Below are positions 1-9,431 of a stretch of DNA of 64,000 nt, one piece after another. Numbering within the stretch: the first letter of the stretch is position 1; each line of letters begins with the position of its first letter. This DNA is from Lama guanicoe. Lineage: Eukaryota. The stretch spans positions 4,197,434 to 4,261,433 of the forward strand of contig MU053994.1 in the NCBI GenBank assembly GCA_013239625.1, in the 5' to 3' direction. The position numbers and the translations under genes are program-made. The notes below the pieces were generated by a model. It did no database searches. It saw nothing but the letters and a program-made list of their open reading frames with translations, and was not told where the DNA came from.

Positions 1-26
1 AAAATTTCAATTAAAAAATGGAAACA

Positions 27-120
27 GAGAGGAAAAGGTAATAGCTCAGTGGTAGAGTGCATGCTTAGCATGCACAAGGTCCTGGGTTCAATCCCCAGTG
101 CCTCCACTAAAAAAAAAAAA
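27..120 (+). mobile_element. tRNA-derived camelid SINE (vic-1-like), short form
   Basis: A box TAGCTCAGTGG, B box GGTTCAATCC, A tail, flanked by aaaaa(t)ggaaaca duplication. Confidence 0.9.
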
Positions 121-1139
121 GGAAACACACATTTAAAAAAACCTTTGGGCTTACTTTTGTCCCTGTACATTCAGGACCTATAATCATGTCACTGGTTGCA
201 CAAGTCATCATAAAAAACCTCAGTTGTTTTTTGAAAGCTAATTAGGACAATTGATAAATAATAGCATATTATTCAGCAAGCTGTAACCCAAAAAGGGGTG
301 GACATTAAGCAGTTGAATTCTATTTCCTGACTACCGCACTTCTGCTGGTCAATCTATTTTCTCCACATATTAGAAGACTGAAGGGGCCAGGATGGTGGAA
401 ATAGAAATGACATTGTTGCAACAAATAGAAATTGGCGGGGGAGGGGTTCTAATTTTTGACAATCTATGATACTGCATAAAGGCTTGTGTTGTGTATGCCC
501 CGAGAGGACCAAGGAAACAAAGGGTAAAGGTTTAAGACAGGCCTGAAAAGGAGCTACTGAGGTAACATTAGCCTTTTACACATAATATCAAATCTTCTCA
601 CCTAGTGCACAAAAAGCAGAACAGACATTGGCACAATTTTAACCTGATAATTCATGAAAAACGGATTATTTTTCATGAGAAAACATTTAGTCCTTTCCTT
701 GTAAACACTGAAAGAAACTTAGGAGAAAATGCTAAAGAAATGAATGCAAAGGTAGCTCTTACAATCCATCCCCTCTCAATGAAACAGGCAAATCCCCCTA
801 AAGACAAAGAGTTTCTCAGCCTGAATACTTACCAGACTGTATAACCTGTACTGACTGCGTTTTGATTTTGTTACAAAACTTTTTCTATAAAAGCTAGTAC
901 TTCTAGAAGCAAATATAAATTAGTCCCCCTTTAAACGTTTCCCACATCAGAAGCTGTATGTACATTAACCAACAGTTTTATAAAAAGGAATGGGATCTTA
1001 GGTCTCAGGGTCAGTATTTGTGGCGAAGAACCAGACACAGAACACCCAGAGGGGATTTTCCAGTTAATCTATTATTTTCTAAGTTTACCATTGAATTATT
1101 ACAGTACAATTAAACTGGTAAGTGCTTCAGTACTTGAAG

Positions 1140-2035
1140 CACGAGCACTACAGAACAGCAGCAGCGAATTAGTGACAGGATTTGGTATCTGACGAACAGC
1201 TGCGGCGTCGATCAAACGTTTCCTACACGTAGGGTGACTGGGTCTCAAGTCCATCAGCGGTGAGGCCTCCATCGGCGTCTTTCGGGGTGGTCTTGTCGCT
1301 GGTGGCATGGCGACTCTCTTCGTGTTCGCCCTCCTCATCTTCACATTGTAGATCTTCGGAAATCAACTGTCTGGCCAATTTGATGTTCAGGCCTTCGGTG
1401 TAGTGAAGTTTCCTTTTCATTTCGAACTGCCGCTGTTTCTCTTGTTTGTCCAGGAAGATTTTGCTGGCGTGCGCCCTATCCCTCTCCGGCTCCCCGACTT
1501 GATAGTTGAGCTCCGAGGTACTGGTGGCGGCCAACTGCTTAGCTAAATTGTCAAGAATCATGGCTTCCTCAGTTTCGAAGTCACTAGCTGCACCTTCCCT
1601 GTCTTCCTGCAGACCGAGCTGCGCAGTGCTGGGCTCGTTCGTCTTCATGAAATCATAGTCTGCGCACTGTGAGTGGTACGTCGCCATGATGCTGGACTCG
1701 TCCCATTTCTGGGACTTCTTTCTTTGTACCTCCGGGAGAGCCCCTCCGGACTGCTGGGCCGTGGCCGCTCCCGACGAGGCCGTGGACCCCTTGTTCTTCA
1801 GGATCCCCTTGATGGGCTGGTGCGAGGTCGTAGAGGTCGCCATTCTTGGGGAGGGAAGGGTCGCCGCACGAGGGTTGGGACGCCGCAGCCAGCCACCTGC
1901 CTCGCTCCACGTGCTGTGCCCAAGTCCTAAAGGTCCCGCCCCGTGCCACGTAATAAAGTGTGCTGCGGAAGATGCCACAGCGGTCCCCGCTGCCGTCAGC
2001 ATCAGGGTGGGGGCGGGGACCCCTTCTGACGTCTC
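1140..2035. other. CpG-island-like region covering the whole retrogene
   Basis: Visibly dense CG dinucleotides and high GC across the CDS and upstream, unlike the CpG-poor remainder (judged by eye, not computed). Confidence 0.7.
1223..1843 (-). CDS. PPP1R2C: Protein phosphatase 1 inhibitor-2 family member C (inhibitor-4 / PPP1R2P9), intronless retrogene, 206 aa
   Basis: Uninterrupted ORF starting MATSTTSHQPIKGILKNK. It carries the I-2 motifs KGILK (SILK), KKSQKWDE (degenerate RVxF) and FEMKRKLHYxEGLNIKLARQLIS (active-site helix). ATG at 1843 has a strong Kozak context (AGAATGG) and matches the family N-terminus. No introns; diverged middle region (EPSTAQ, KIFLDKQEKQRQ) resembles I-4 rather than parental PPP1R2. 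Confidence 0.9.
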   Translation of the reverse strand: MATSTTSHQPIKGILKNKGSTASSGAATAQQSGGALPEVQRKKSQKWDESSIMATYHSQCADYDFMKTNEPSTAQLGLQEDREGAASDFETEEAMILDNLAKQLAATSTSELNYQVGEPERDRAHASKIFLDKQEKQRQFEMKRKLHYTEGLNIKLARQLISEDLQCEDEEGEHEESRHATSDKTTPKDADGGLTADGLETQSPYV

Positions 2036-2390
2036 TCTCTTTTTTTTTTTTTTAAATAATGATAGGAAGATAGGAAATCTCCTTTCACTGCACAGGAAAC
2101 AAGGAAGCGCTATCTTGTGAATTTCTCTATACCCTGTCTGTTGCCAGGAGACTGTGGGAAATATATTTCTAACTGGGGGTCAAGGTTAAAAGTTTCAAAG
2201 CCACTCCCTGGGTTGGAAAGATTGGATGCCTAGGCGCTAGGAGGCCGTTCACTTCTCCTCCCTCCCGTTGCTGTCTACACCTTCCTCTCCCCCCACCTAC
2301 ACACACACAGACACACACACAGACACACACACACAGACACACACACACTCACCCTGGTCCTCCCTTCCTCCTCCACGTCTCAACGGGTGG
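1850..2390 (-). promoter_or_regulatory. Putative promoter/5' region of the PPP1R2C-like gene
   Basis: GC/CpG-rich. E-box CACGTG 1908-1913; GC boxes 1935-1942 and 2010-2018; TGCCACGTAA 1944-1953; half-CRE CGTCA 1994-1998; near-CRE TGACGTCT 2027-2034; RFX-like GTTGCCAGGAGAC 2140-2152; MYB-like CCGTTG 2265-2270 and CAACGG 2381-2386. Confidence 0.6.
2299..2348. repeat. Interrupted (CA)n microsatellite
   Basis: acacacacagacacacacacagacacac... Confidence 0.95.
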
Positions 2391-2479
2391 TCCCAAGTTC
2401 CAGCCCCTTACATCAGCTGTGAACCCGGACAGCAGTCCCCGTGATTGCAGATCGCTTACTCTCCAATCCAGCCCTTAGA

Positions 2480-3186
2480 TACTGGCCTAAATATTTCAAG
2501 AAACTCCAATTCTCTCTCTTCTACCACCACCCTCTTTCCAGTCACCACCATCTCTTGTCGGGACTACAGCCACAGCCTTTGCACTAGACCTCCCACCCTC
2601 CCATAACCCCTCCTGTGGCCCTCCAACCTCTTATCTACCCTCTAGTCAGAGTGGTCTTTTAAACATACCCTGTCAAATCTGGTCACATCTCTCTTTCAAA
2701 CCCTTTAACAGCTGCCCATTTTCTTGAACATAAAGACCAAAATCCTGAAGAGGCCAAGAAGCTGCTCTATGATGGGTTCCCGTGCACATCTGGAGCCTTC
2801 TCCCCCCAGATTCTTCTCACTCAGCCTCCACCTTTCTGTTCTTATCTTTCAGATCACCTTCCTTCCTGTCCCAGAGTTTTTTCCTAGGTTCTTCCCCTAG
2901 CCTGGAATGCCCCTCCAGATTTCAACTGAGTTATTACTGCCTTATAGGAGCCTGTTTCCTGACCTCCAAAGCAGATAGGCCTCCGTGGGCTTTCATGGCC
3001 TCTCTTACTGTCTTAGACGGCAGGTGGAGTTGTGGCAATTATATTATCTGTGTACACTTGATGCTCAACTCCGAGACAGAAAGGAAGGAGTCTGTTTTTC
3101 TCATTATCATCAGCTTCACAACATGATGCTGCACCTGGCACATAGTAGGTATTAAACAAATATTTATGGAATGAGTAATAAATGAC
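2480..3186 (+). mobile_element. L2 LINE 3' fragment
   Basis: ccagtcaccaccatctcttg...; ends cctggcacatagtaggtattaaacaaatatttatggaatga, typical L2 3' terminus. Confidence 0.75.
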
Positions 3187-4065
3187 AGGTGATAAGAATT
3201 GGAAGGATGAGATTTAGGAGAGAGAAAAGGGAGGCCCCAGAGCTTTCACTATCAGTTACAATTTGTTCCATGAGTCACATGAGAAAAACACCCTGTATGT
3301 AGAATTTAGGAGCTGTTACAAAAAGTGATTTTGGAACATTTTGTCCTTCACCGGCCTTATATTTCATAGGCAGCGATATTCTTCTAAAAAACAACAACAA
3401 AAAAATGAAGATCCAGTTTCACATTTTCCCCTCCAGGTAGCATTCGCAAGATTTTTTTTTTCCTTCTGATACCGTTTTGCTTCCTCTTCTCCCCACCAAG
3501 GTCTTTCTGCATTTTAGAACACAAAAGCAAAAGCATGAAAGAACCATAAAACTTTTACAGATGTCTTAAACACCTTAAGTTCAAGTTGTCCTGTATTCTC
3601 CGAAGTCCTACTAACTTCAGGAACTCTGCAATCACTTTAAAACTGTTATTCATCTCAGAAAAAGAATTTCCTGATATCGTATTCTTTGAAAAAAAAAAAA
3701 CCTGTATTGTGTGGTAAGGGCTTTCAGGAATTCAGAAGCTGATATTCAAGGCTGTAGGAAAACCCTCTGGTATGTGAAGGGAAAAACAAAAACAAAAACA
3801 AAAACAAACAAAAAAAACTTTCATGATTCAGAAATACTCCACACTACCCGTTTTCAAAAACCTAACTGAAAGGCAGCACAGACCTGCGCAAAAGCAACTT
3901 GTCCTGACTGGTAGGCACAGTAGGTCTGGGCACGTTTAGCTGTAAACAGGATGTTGAGGGAGATGCTGATCCCAGTGCGTTGCGATTTTGCTTTTGTGTG
4001 TACACAATACCCACCTCCACATACTGTGATCTGAATATACAAGCTGTTCAATATATAGAGTCAGT

Positions 4066-4361
4066 CTCAGGCATAGAAAACAAACCATGGTTACCAAAGG
4101 GGAAAGGTTTGGGGAGGGATACATTAGGAGTTTGGGATTAACAGATACACATTACTGTATATAAAATAGATTAAACAACAAGGACCTACTATACAGCACA
4201 GGGAACTATATTCAATTTTTTGTAATAGCATATAATGGAAAAGAATCTGAAAAAAATATAACTGAATCGCTTTGCTGTACTACTGAAACTAACATTGTGA
4301 ATCAACTATACTTCAATAAAAAATAAAATTTAAAAAAATGTAAAAACATTAAAAAATATAT
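4066..4361 (+). mobile_element. L1 3' UTR, 5'-truncated (cetartiodactyl-type)
   Basis: acaaggacctactatacagcacagggaactatattcaa...caactatacttcaataaa plus A-rich tail; gagtcagt duplicated on both sides. Confidence 0.9.
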
Positions 4362-5026
4362 TTATAATGAGTCAGTGATCCCAAAGTTCTTGAGTTTTCT
4401 GAAACTCATCATTTGGTAACACAAAGGCAGTTCACACTAGAGCAAGAATACTGTAATTATGACCTTATTACATGGGCCACAAACAAAATTCTTTAAAGAA
4501 ATCATGAGGCATTACAGACTTCAGTTGCATACCAGTTAAAGGCAATCCCTTTCCCCCACCATTCGCTAATTATCTGCTTAATGAAAATTGCCTTAAGAAA
4601 AATCCAAGTTTTGAATTTTTGCCATCAATCTAAAAATTCCCAACCTAGTCGACACTACCACAAACCTAAAAGTTAGAAACGATCGGCAAGCTTTCCAGCA
4701 TTCTTCCTTACATGATTCTCTTGTTATTGCGCTATGACAAGGGCTGAGCAGATGCCTTAAGTTTCCATCACTCACACACACACACACACCCCCAGGGTTG
4801 ACTAAAACTTTCCCAGTCAATGGTACATTATATGAAATTTAGATACAGGCCTAAAAAGCCTTTCTTTCAACAAATATTTAGTGACCATCAACTGTAGTTC
4901 CGGTAGGAGAACCTTCATTCTCAATGCACTAAAAGTGAGATTGTTCCTCAGTCATCTTCTATGGGTTAGTATTTAATAAATACATCTAAATTTGGATATT
5001 GTTCTATCATCACAGTTTTAAAATAC

Positions 5027-5095
5027 ATTTAAAATATCACTGATATTTAAAATGTTATTTAAAACATCACTGATATTTAAAATGTTATTTAAAAC
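5027..5095. repeat. 30-bp tandem duplication (about 2.3 copies)
   Basis: atttaaaaYatcactgatatttaaaatgtt at 5027 and 5057, partial at 5087. Confidence 0.95.
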
Positions 5096-5615
5096 CTCTG
5101 CTGTTTGCACAGGATCAGAATATTCTGCAGAGCACTGGTTGTTAAGCATGGCAGAAGATCATGCCACAGCTTCATTTCTTCCACTGAGAATCACCTCCCC
5201 TCCACGGAGACATTCTCCAAATGTGGTAAGTACAGGAATCGGGTCAAAAGGAGAACTAAGCCATGAACAAAGAAATTCTCAACTAAAGGTGGGTACACCT
5301 AAGAAAAAAGGAGTTACCACAAACAAGGAAGGTATCCCAGATGGCCCATTGGGCGCCATTGGTGACAAATTAGTACAAAACACTGAGAAGCCAGTGGGCT
5401 GTTTTGGGACCAATCATGCTACCCAGAGTGGAGATTAATACTAACTAGTTCAGCTATGTAGCATCTAAGGTCCTGCATCAAGCCATCCAAGAATTGTCCA
5501 CGGTACTTGGAGAATTATGTTAGACACTGTGTGGTATAAACATAAAAGTGGTATTTGATTTTGAATCTGTGTTTCTTACCCAGCCTCTCTCTCTTATATT
5601 CCAAACCCAAATTTC

Positions 5616-5748
5616 ATTTTTATGATAAATGTAATTTTAATGTATTATGTCACTGCTTGATTAATAATGGTTCAAGGTGATTTAAAAATTGTTTTTAATT
5701 TTTTTAATGAAGTATAGTTGTTGTATGTTGTATGTTACGATGTTGTAT
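5616..5748 (-). mobile_element. Very short L1 3' end with extra downstream sequence inside a 14-bp TSD
   Basis: caaacccaaatttc at 5602-5615 and 5749-5762; L1 terminal motif ttaatgaagtatagttg at about 5704-5720. Confidence 0.65.
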
Positions 5749-5783
5749 CAAACCCAAATTTCTGATATTCTATTAAATATCCC

Positions 5784-6200
5784 TGTCTTAGATTGGATTC
5801 CCTTAGAAGGTGACCTTGAAACAAAGATTCAAGTGAAAGTAGTTTACTCGGGAGGAGATTTGCCGAAAACACTGGTGGGGGGCGAGGGGAAGTGAGACAG
5901 GGAAGGACAGGAGAAAAAGGGTGCATTAAAAAAGTAGTTCCTACTAAAAATTTAATAAAAAGAAAAAAAGGAAAAACAAAAACAAAAGTAATTCCTACTA
6001 TGGGCAACTAGAGCTTAATCCTCCTGAGAAACTCTGGAAGGCAATATAGACAAGTTACCCCGTGGCTCACCTCCACCCAACAGGTGAGGGATCTAGAGTG
6101 TATTTGCACATCAGTTGCCTCGTCTTTGCTTCAGGCCTGCTGGGAGCGGGGAGGGGCAGGAATTCCTCGCAATCGGGACTCCTGCCGGGAGCATGGGGAC
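5784..6200 (-). mobile_element. Ancient ERVL LTR (LTR67/LTR16-like)
   Basis: tgtcttagattggattccc...gaccttgaaacaaagattcaagtgaaagtagtttactcgggagg...gggaagtgagacagggaagg; right boundary approximate. Confidence 0.65.
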
Positions 6201-6837
6201 TGGATGGCCACCTTGCTGATGCATCCCCTTATTGGCCTTTTTCCCTCGGGGTTTCACAAACCCTCTCCTGCTAGCCTGCTCCCTGGGATCCCACTACCCG
6301 ACTCCCGCCAGCAGTGTTTTCTCCAGCTCTGCTTTTACAGGAAGAACCCAGACTAGGACCAGGATGGCATATTTTATCTTTAATCCCCCGACACCTAACA
6401 CAGTAATTGGCGTATTCTGTGGCAGCTGTTCATATTTCTGTAAAGTGGGTGAGTGAACTGAGGGAAATGAGCAAAAATCTTTGGAAAGGAGGAGCCTGAA
6501 ATTCTGGGCAGATCTAGAGAGGTTCCATGAGGCAATGGTTTTCTATCTTTTTCAGGATAAGTTTTAAAGCAGTAAACCTCCCCCCCCCCCAAAAAATTAA
6601 AGAATAGATAGAACACCAGAATAAAAATCAGTAAAATTGGAGCTAGGAAACAGTGGAGCTGGTCTGTCTGAGGGGAGGTGGGGACACCAGAATTCTCACT
6701 GCTTGCGTGCCATCTCAGAGGTGGCTCCTGCAGCATCACAGGGACCTGGGGTGGGGGGGAAGGAAGCAATTGGAAAACCCATTGTCGCCAAAGAGAGTCA
6801 TTGCCCAAAGCAGTGTTATCCCAAGTGCTGAATTTCT

Positions 6838-7002
6838 TTTTCTTTTTTTATATTTTTATTTTTCTCTTCTCCTTGCTTTTTTTTTCCCCCACGGGGGTAG
6901 GGGATGGTGGTTAGTAATTAGATTGATTTGTTTATTTTTAATGGAGGTGCTGGGGATTGAACCAGGCATGTGCTCTCCCACTGAGCTGTGCCCTCCCCCC
7001 AC
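6838..7002 (-). mobile_element. vic-1-like SINE, long form with internal deletion
   Basis: ggaggtgctggggattgaaccagg...ctgagctgtgccctcccc; 18-bp TSD cccaagtgctgaWtttct at 6820-6837 and 7003-7020. Confidence 0.9.
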
Positions 7003-7469
7003 CCCAAGTGCTGATTTTCTGAGTGGTCACTTGTTTGGAGGACACACAGGAGTGAGGAGATTTTCTACTATAGTGAATCAGATAAGCACATTCATAGAGC
7101 TGGTCACAAAGGAGATAGGACATCAGCGAGAATTTTTGGTGCTACACAGTAAACATTAACTTTGCCCTCCTTCGAGGGGATAACCTAGTTTGGGAATGTT
7201 CAATGAAGAAAAATGTCATCCATGGGAATGTCTGCCAGGAGTTAGATAGAAAATAATGTCGAAGATATCAGATGGCAAGCCTTGCAGGAAGGGGCCGAAG
7301 AGTCTGTAGCAGAGTGTTCTTCCTGCTGCCTAAAGGATTCTGAGATGTTTCATAGTTAGGGAAACGGAAGGGTGTTCAACTTCTTGCTCTTGACCCTCCT
7401 TGGTCCGGGGAAGAGCTGTTGATAAAATATAACTTGTGCTGATCAACTGTTTTTCATGTAGAAACATTA

Positions 7470-7660
7470 TAAAGTTATAGTTCGGAAAGTACTAATAAGG
7501 CTTAGATGGAAACCCTGAAAGTCAGATCATCCAAGTTCCCACTGCTTGGCTGAGAAGACTGAGGACCAGAGAGGTATGGTGACTTGCCTGGAGTCACACA
7601 GGTGGTTAGTGGCACAGCTGTTGCTAAAAACCCAGGTCCTCTGGGACTTCTGTAGCAGTT
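7470..7660 (-). mobile_element. MIR SINE fragment
   Basis: gagaagactgaggaccagagaggtatggtgacttgcctggagtcacacag (MIR core, reverse). Confidence 0.7.
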
Positions 7661-8701
7661 CAACTTTCTCATTTGCTACATGCCGCTTCCAGAAGGTGGG
7701 AGTCAGGGGTCCCAGCGTGCGCCTCCTCACCCAAGGAGATACCTACTGGAGTTTCCCTCCTCATCCCTGCCTCCTTGGCCAGTGCCATCTCCAGTAGCAC
7801 CCACACTTTACAAAAAGAGAAGTAAGAACTAAACCGCCCTTTTCAGAATGATGAAAAGCCTGAAACTTATGTCCCCTGAATAGCAAGTTAAAATATGGGG
7901 TGTAGTGAGAAAGTTTGTTGGGCAAGGAGTCAATAGACCAGCTGACCAAGTTTTCCAGCTCCGGATGAGCCATAGTCAAATTAGAAAAGCAATAATGTGA
8001 TCTAGGGCAGCAAAATTCAATTTTGCCAACAACACTGAGATTCCTTGAGGCGGCCCTTTAAAGATGACATTATAGCAGGATTATTTCCCATGTGTACAAA
8101 TATGGCTGGGGAGGAAAACCCACACACACAGATAACCCGATGCGTGATCCATTAGATTTGGGAAACAAATTTGCTTGTTATTCTATATCTATATTTTTCT
8201 TTTTTAGGAAGAGTATTATAAAAACAGCAAGAGAGTGTAATAGAAAAAGAAATGAAACACTGCAAGTCTTTTTTATGATATTTCACACACACAAAGAAAA
8301 ATAACTCCCAGAATCGTCAGATTTCTTAGAAGATGCAGTAAATATATTGTTAGCGTCCCCATGACTCACTAACAAGATGTTGTCTATAGGGAGGTGGGGC
8401 AGGAAAGCTGCCACCAAATTCCAGTCAATGATTTATAGTATTTGTGACTACCACATGCAAAGAGTGTCAGCTGGCAGTTTATTCTGGCTGATGTAACCCG
8501 ACAGAGTCTTCTTCCTTTCTGACAACTGGTCCAGTAACTAAAGTTAAGACATTTCAGCTCTAATAAACGGAAGTAAACCTAGCAGCGAAGTTTCGTTCTT
8601 AGTCGTCCCTATGTGTTGGTCATGTTTCAACAGAGCCAGCAAAAGAGTTCATGGCAGCCACCCTGACGCTGTGACAAAGGAGGGAGTCAAAGAGAGTAGA
8701 A

Positions 8702-8892
8702 CAGTGGTTGTCAAACTTTAATGCACATCAGGAGCCCCTGGGGGTTGCTGGTTAAAACACAGTATAGGTCCCCACCCCCAGAGCTTTCGAGTCAGTAGGG
8801 CTGGAGCAGACCGAGTCCGAGAATTTATATTTATAGCAAGTTCCCAGGTCATGCTGATGGTGTTGGTCCAGGAGCCACAATGAGAGCCGCTG
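8702..8892. mobile_element. MER5A-like hAT-Charlie MITE
   Basis: cagtggttgtcaaacttt...gttaaaacacag...caagttcccaggt...tgagagccgctg with degenerate terminal inverted repeats. Confidence 0.8.
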
Positions 8893-9219
8893 CCCCATCT
8901 GGCCAGTGATTCGGACAAGTCCAAGTCCACGAGTGGAGACAATACTCTGTACTCTCTGGAAAGCCAAGCAAGCACAAAAGGGGGTACCAAGGGAGACAAA
9001 TGCGTTCAGCCTAAGAGAGACCAAGAAGGCTTTGTATAGTAGGTATGTTTTGAACTAGGCATCGAGGTGAAGAAGGGAAGATGACATTAGGCAGAGGATG
9101 GCGAAAGTGGCTCACTGCAGATGAGGACAAATGGTCTTTGGGATTGAGCTGTTAATAAGCTACAGTGGTAGGCTGGCTACTCCCTTTATAACTGTATATG
9201 AGACAGGGCCATTACTCTT

Positions 9220-9431
9220 TTTTGTTTTTTATCTGTTTTAAATTTTTTAAGTTGAAATATAGTTGATTTACAATGTTGTGTTAGTTTCTGGTGTACAGTA
9301 TGGTGATTCGGTTATATATATATATATATACATTATAGGTGATTACAAGACATTAAATATAGTTCCCTGTGCTCTACAGTAGGACCTTGTTGTTTATCTG
9401 TCTTATATACAGTAGTGTGTATCTGCAAATT
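9220..9431 (-). mobile_element. L1 3' end, 5'-truncated
   Basis: gaaatatagttgatttacaatgttgtgttagtttctggtgtacag...atagttccctgtgct; TSD ccattaYtctt at 9209-9219 and 9432-9442. Confidence 0.9.

Noticed and set aside
27..120. tRNA genes at this and the other seven A/B-box loci
   Set aside because: A tails, TSDs, dispersed diverged copies and no proper acceptor stem identify them as SINEs.
1223..1843. Calling the gene parental PPP1R2 or a dead pseudogene
   Set aside because: Intronless and diverged, so not the parent; full-length ORF with selectively conserved motifs argues against decay.
1099..2120. ORFs overlapping the retrogene (1099-1344, 1653-1949, 1673-1930, 1686-2120)
   Set aside because: Alternate-frame or antisense shadows in GC-rich coding DNA; no recognisable protein.
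5052..5438. 128-aa ORF
   Set aside because: Starts inside a tandem duplication; no recognisable domain.
6653..7159. 168-aa hydrophobic ORF
   Set aside because: The apparent transmembrane segment is the T-rich tail of an antisense SINE.
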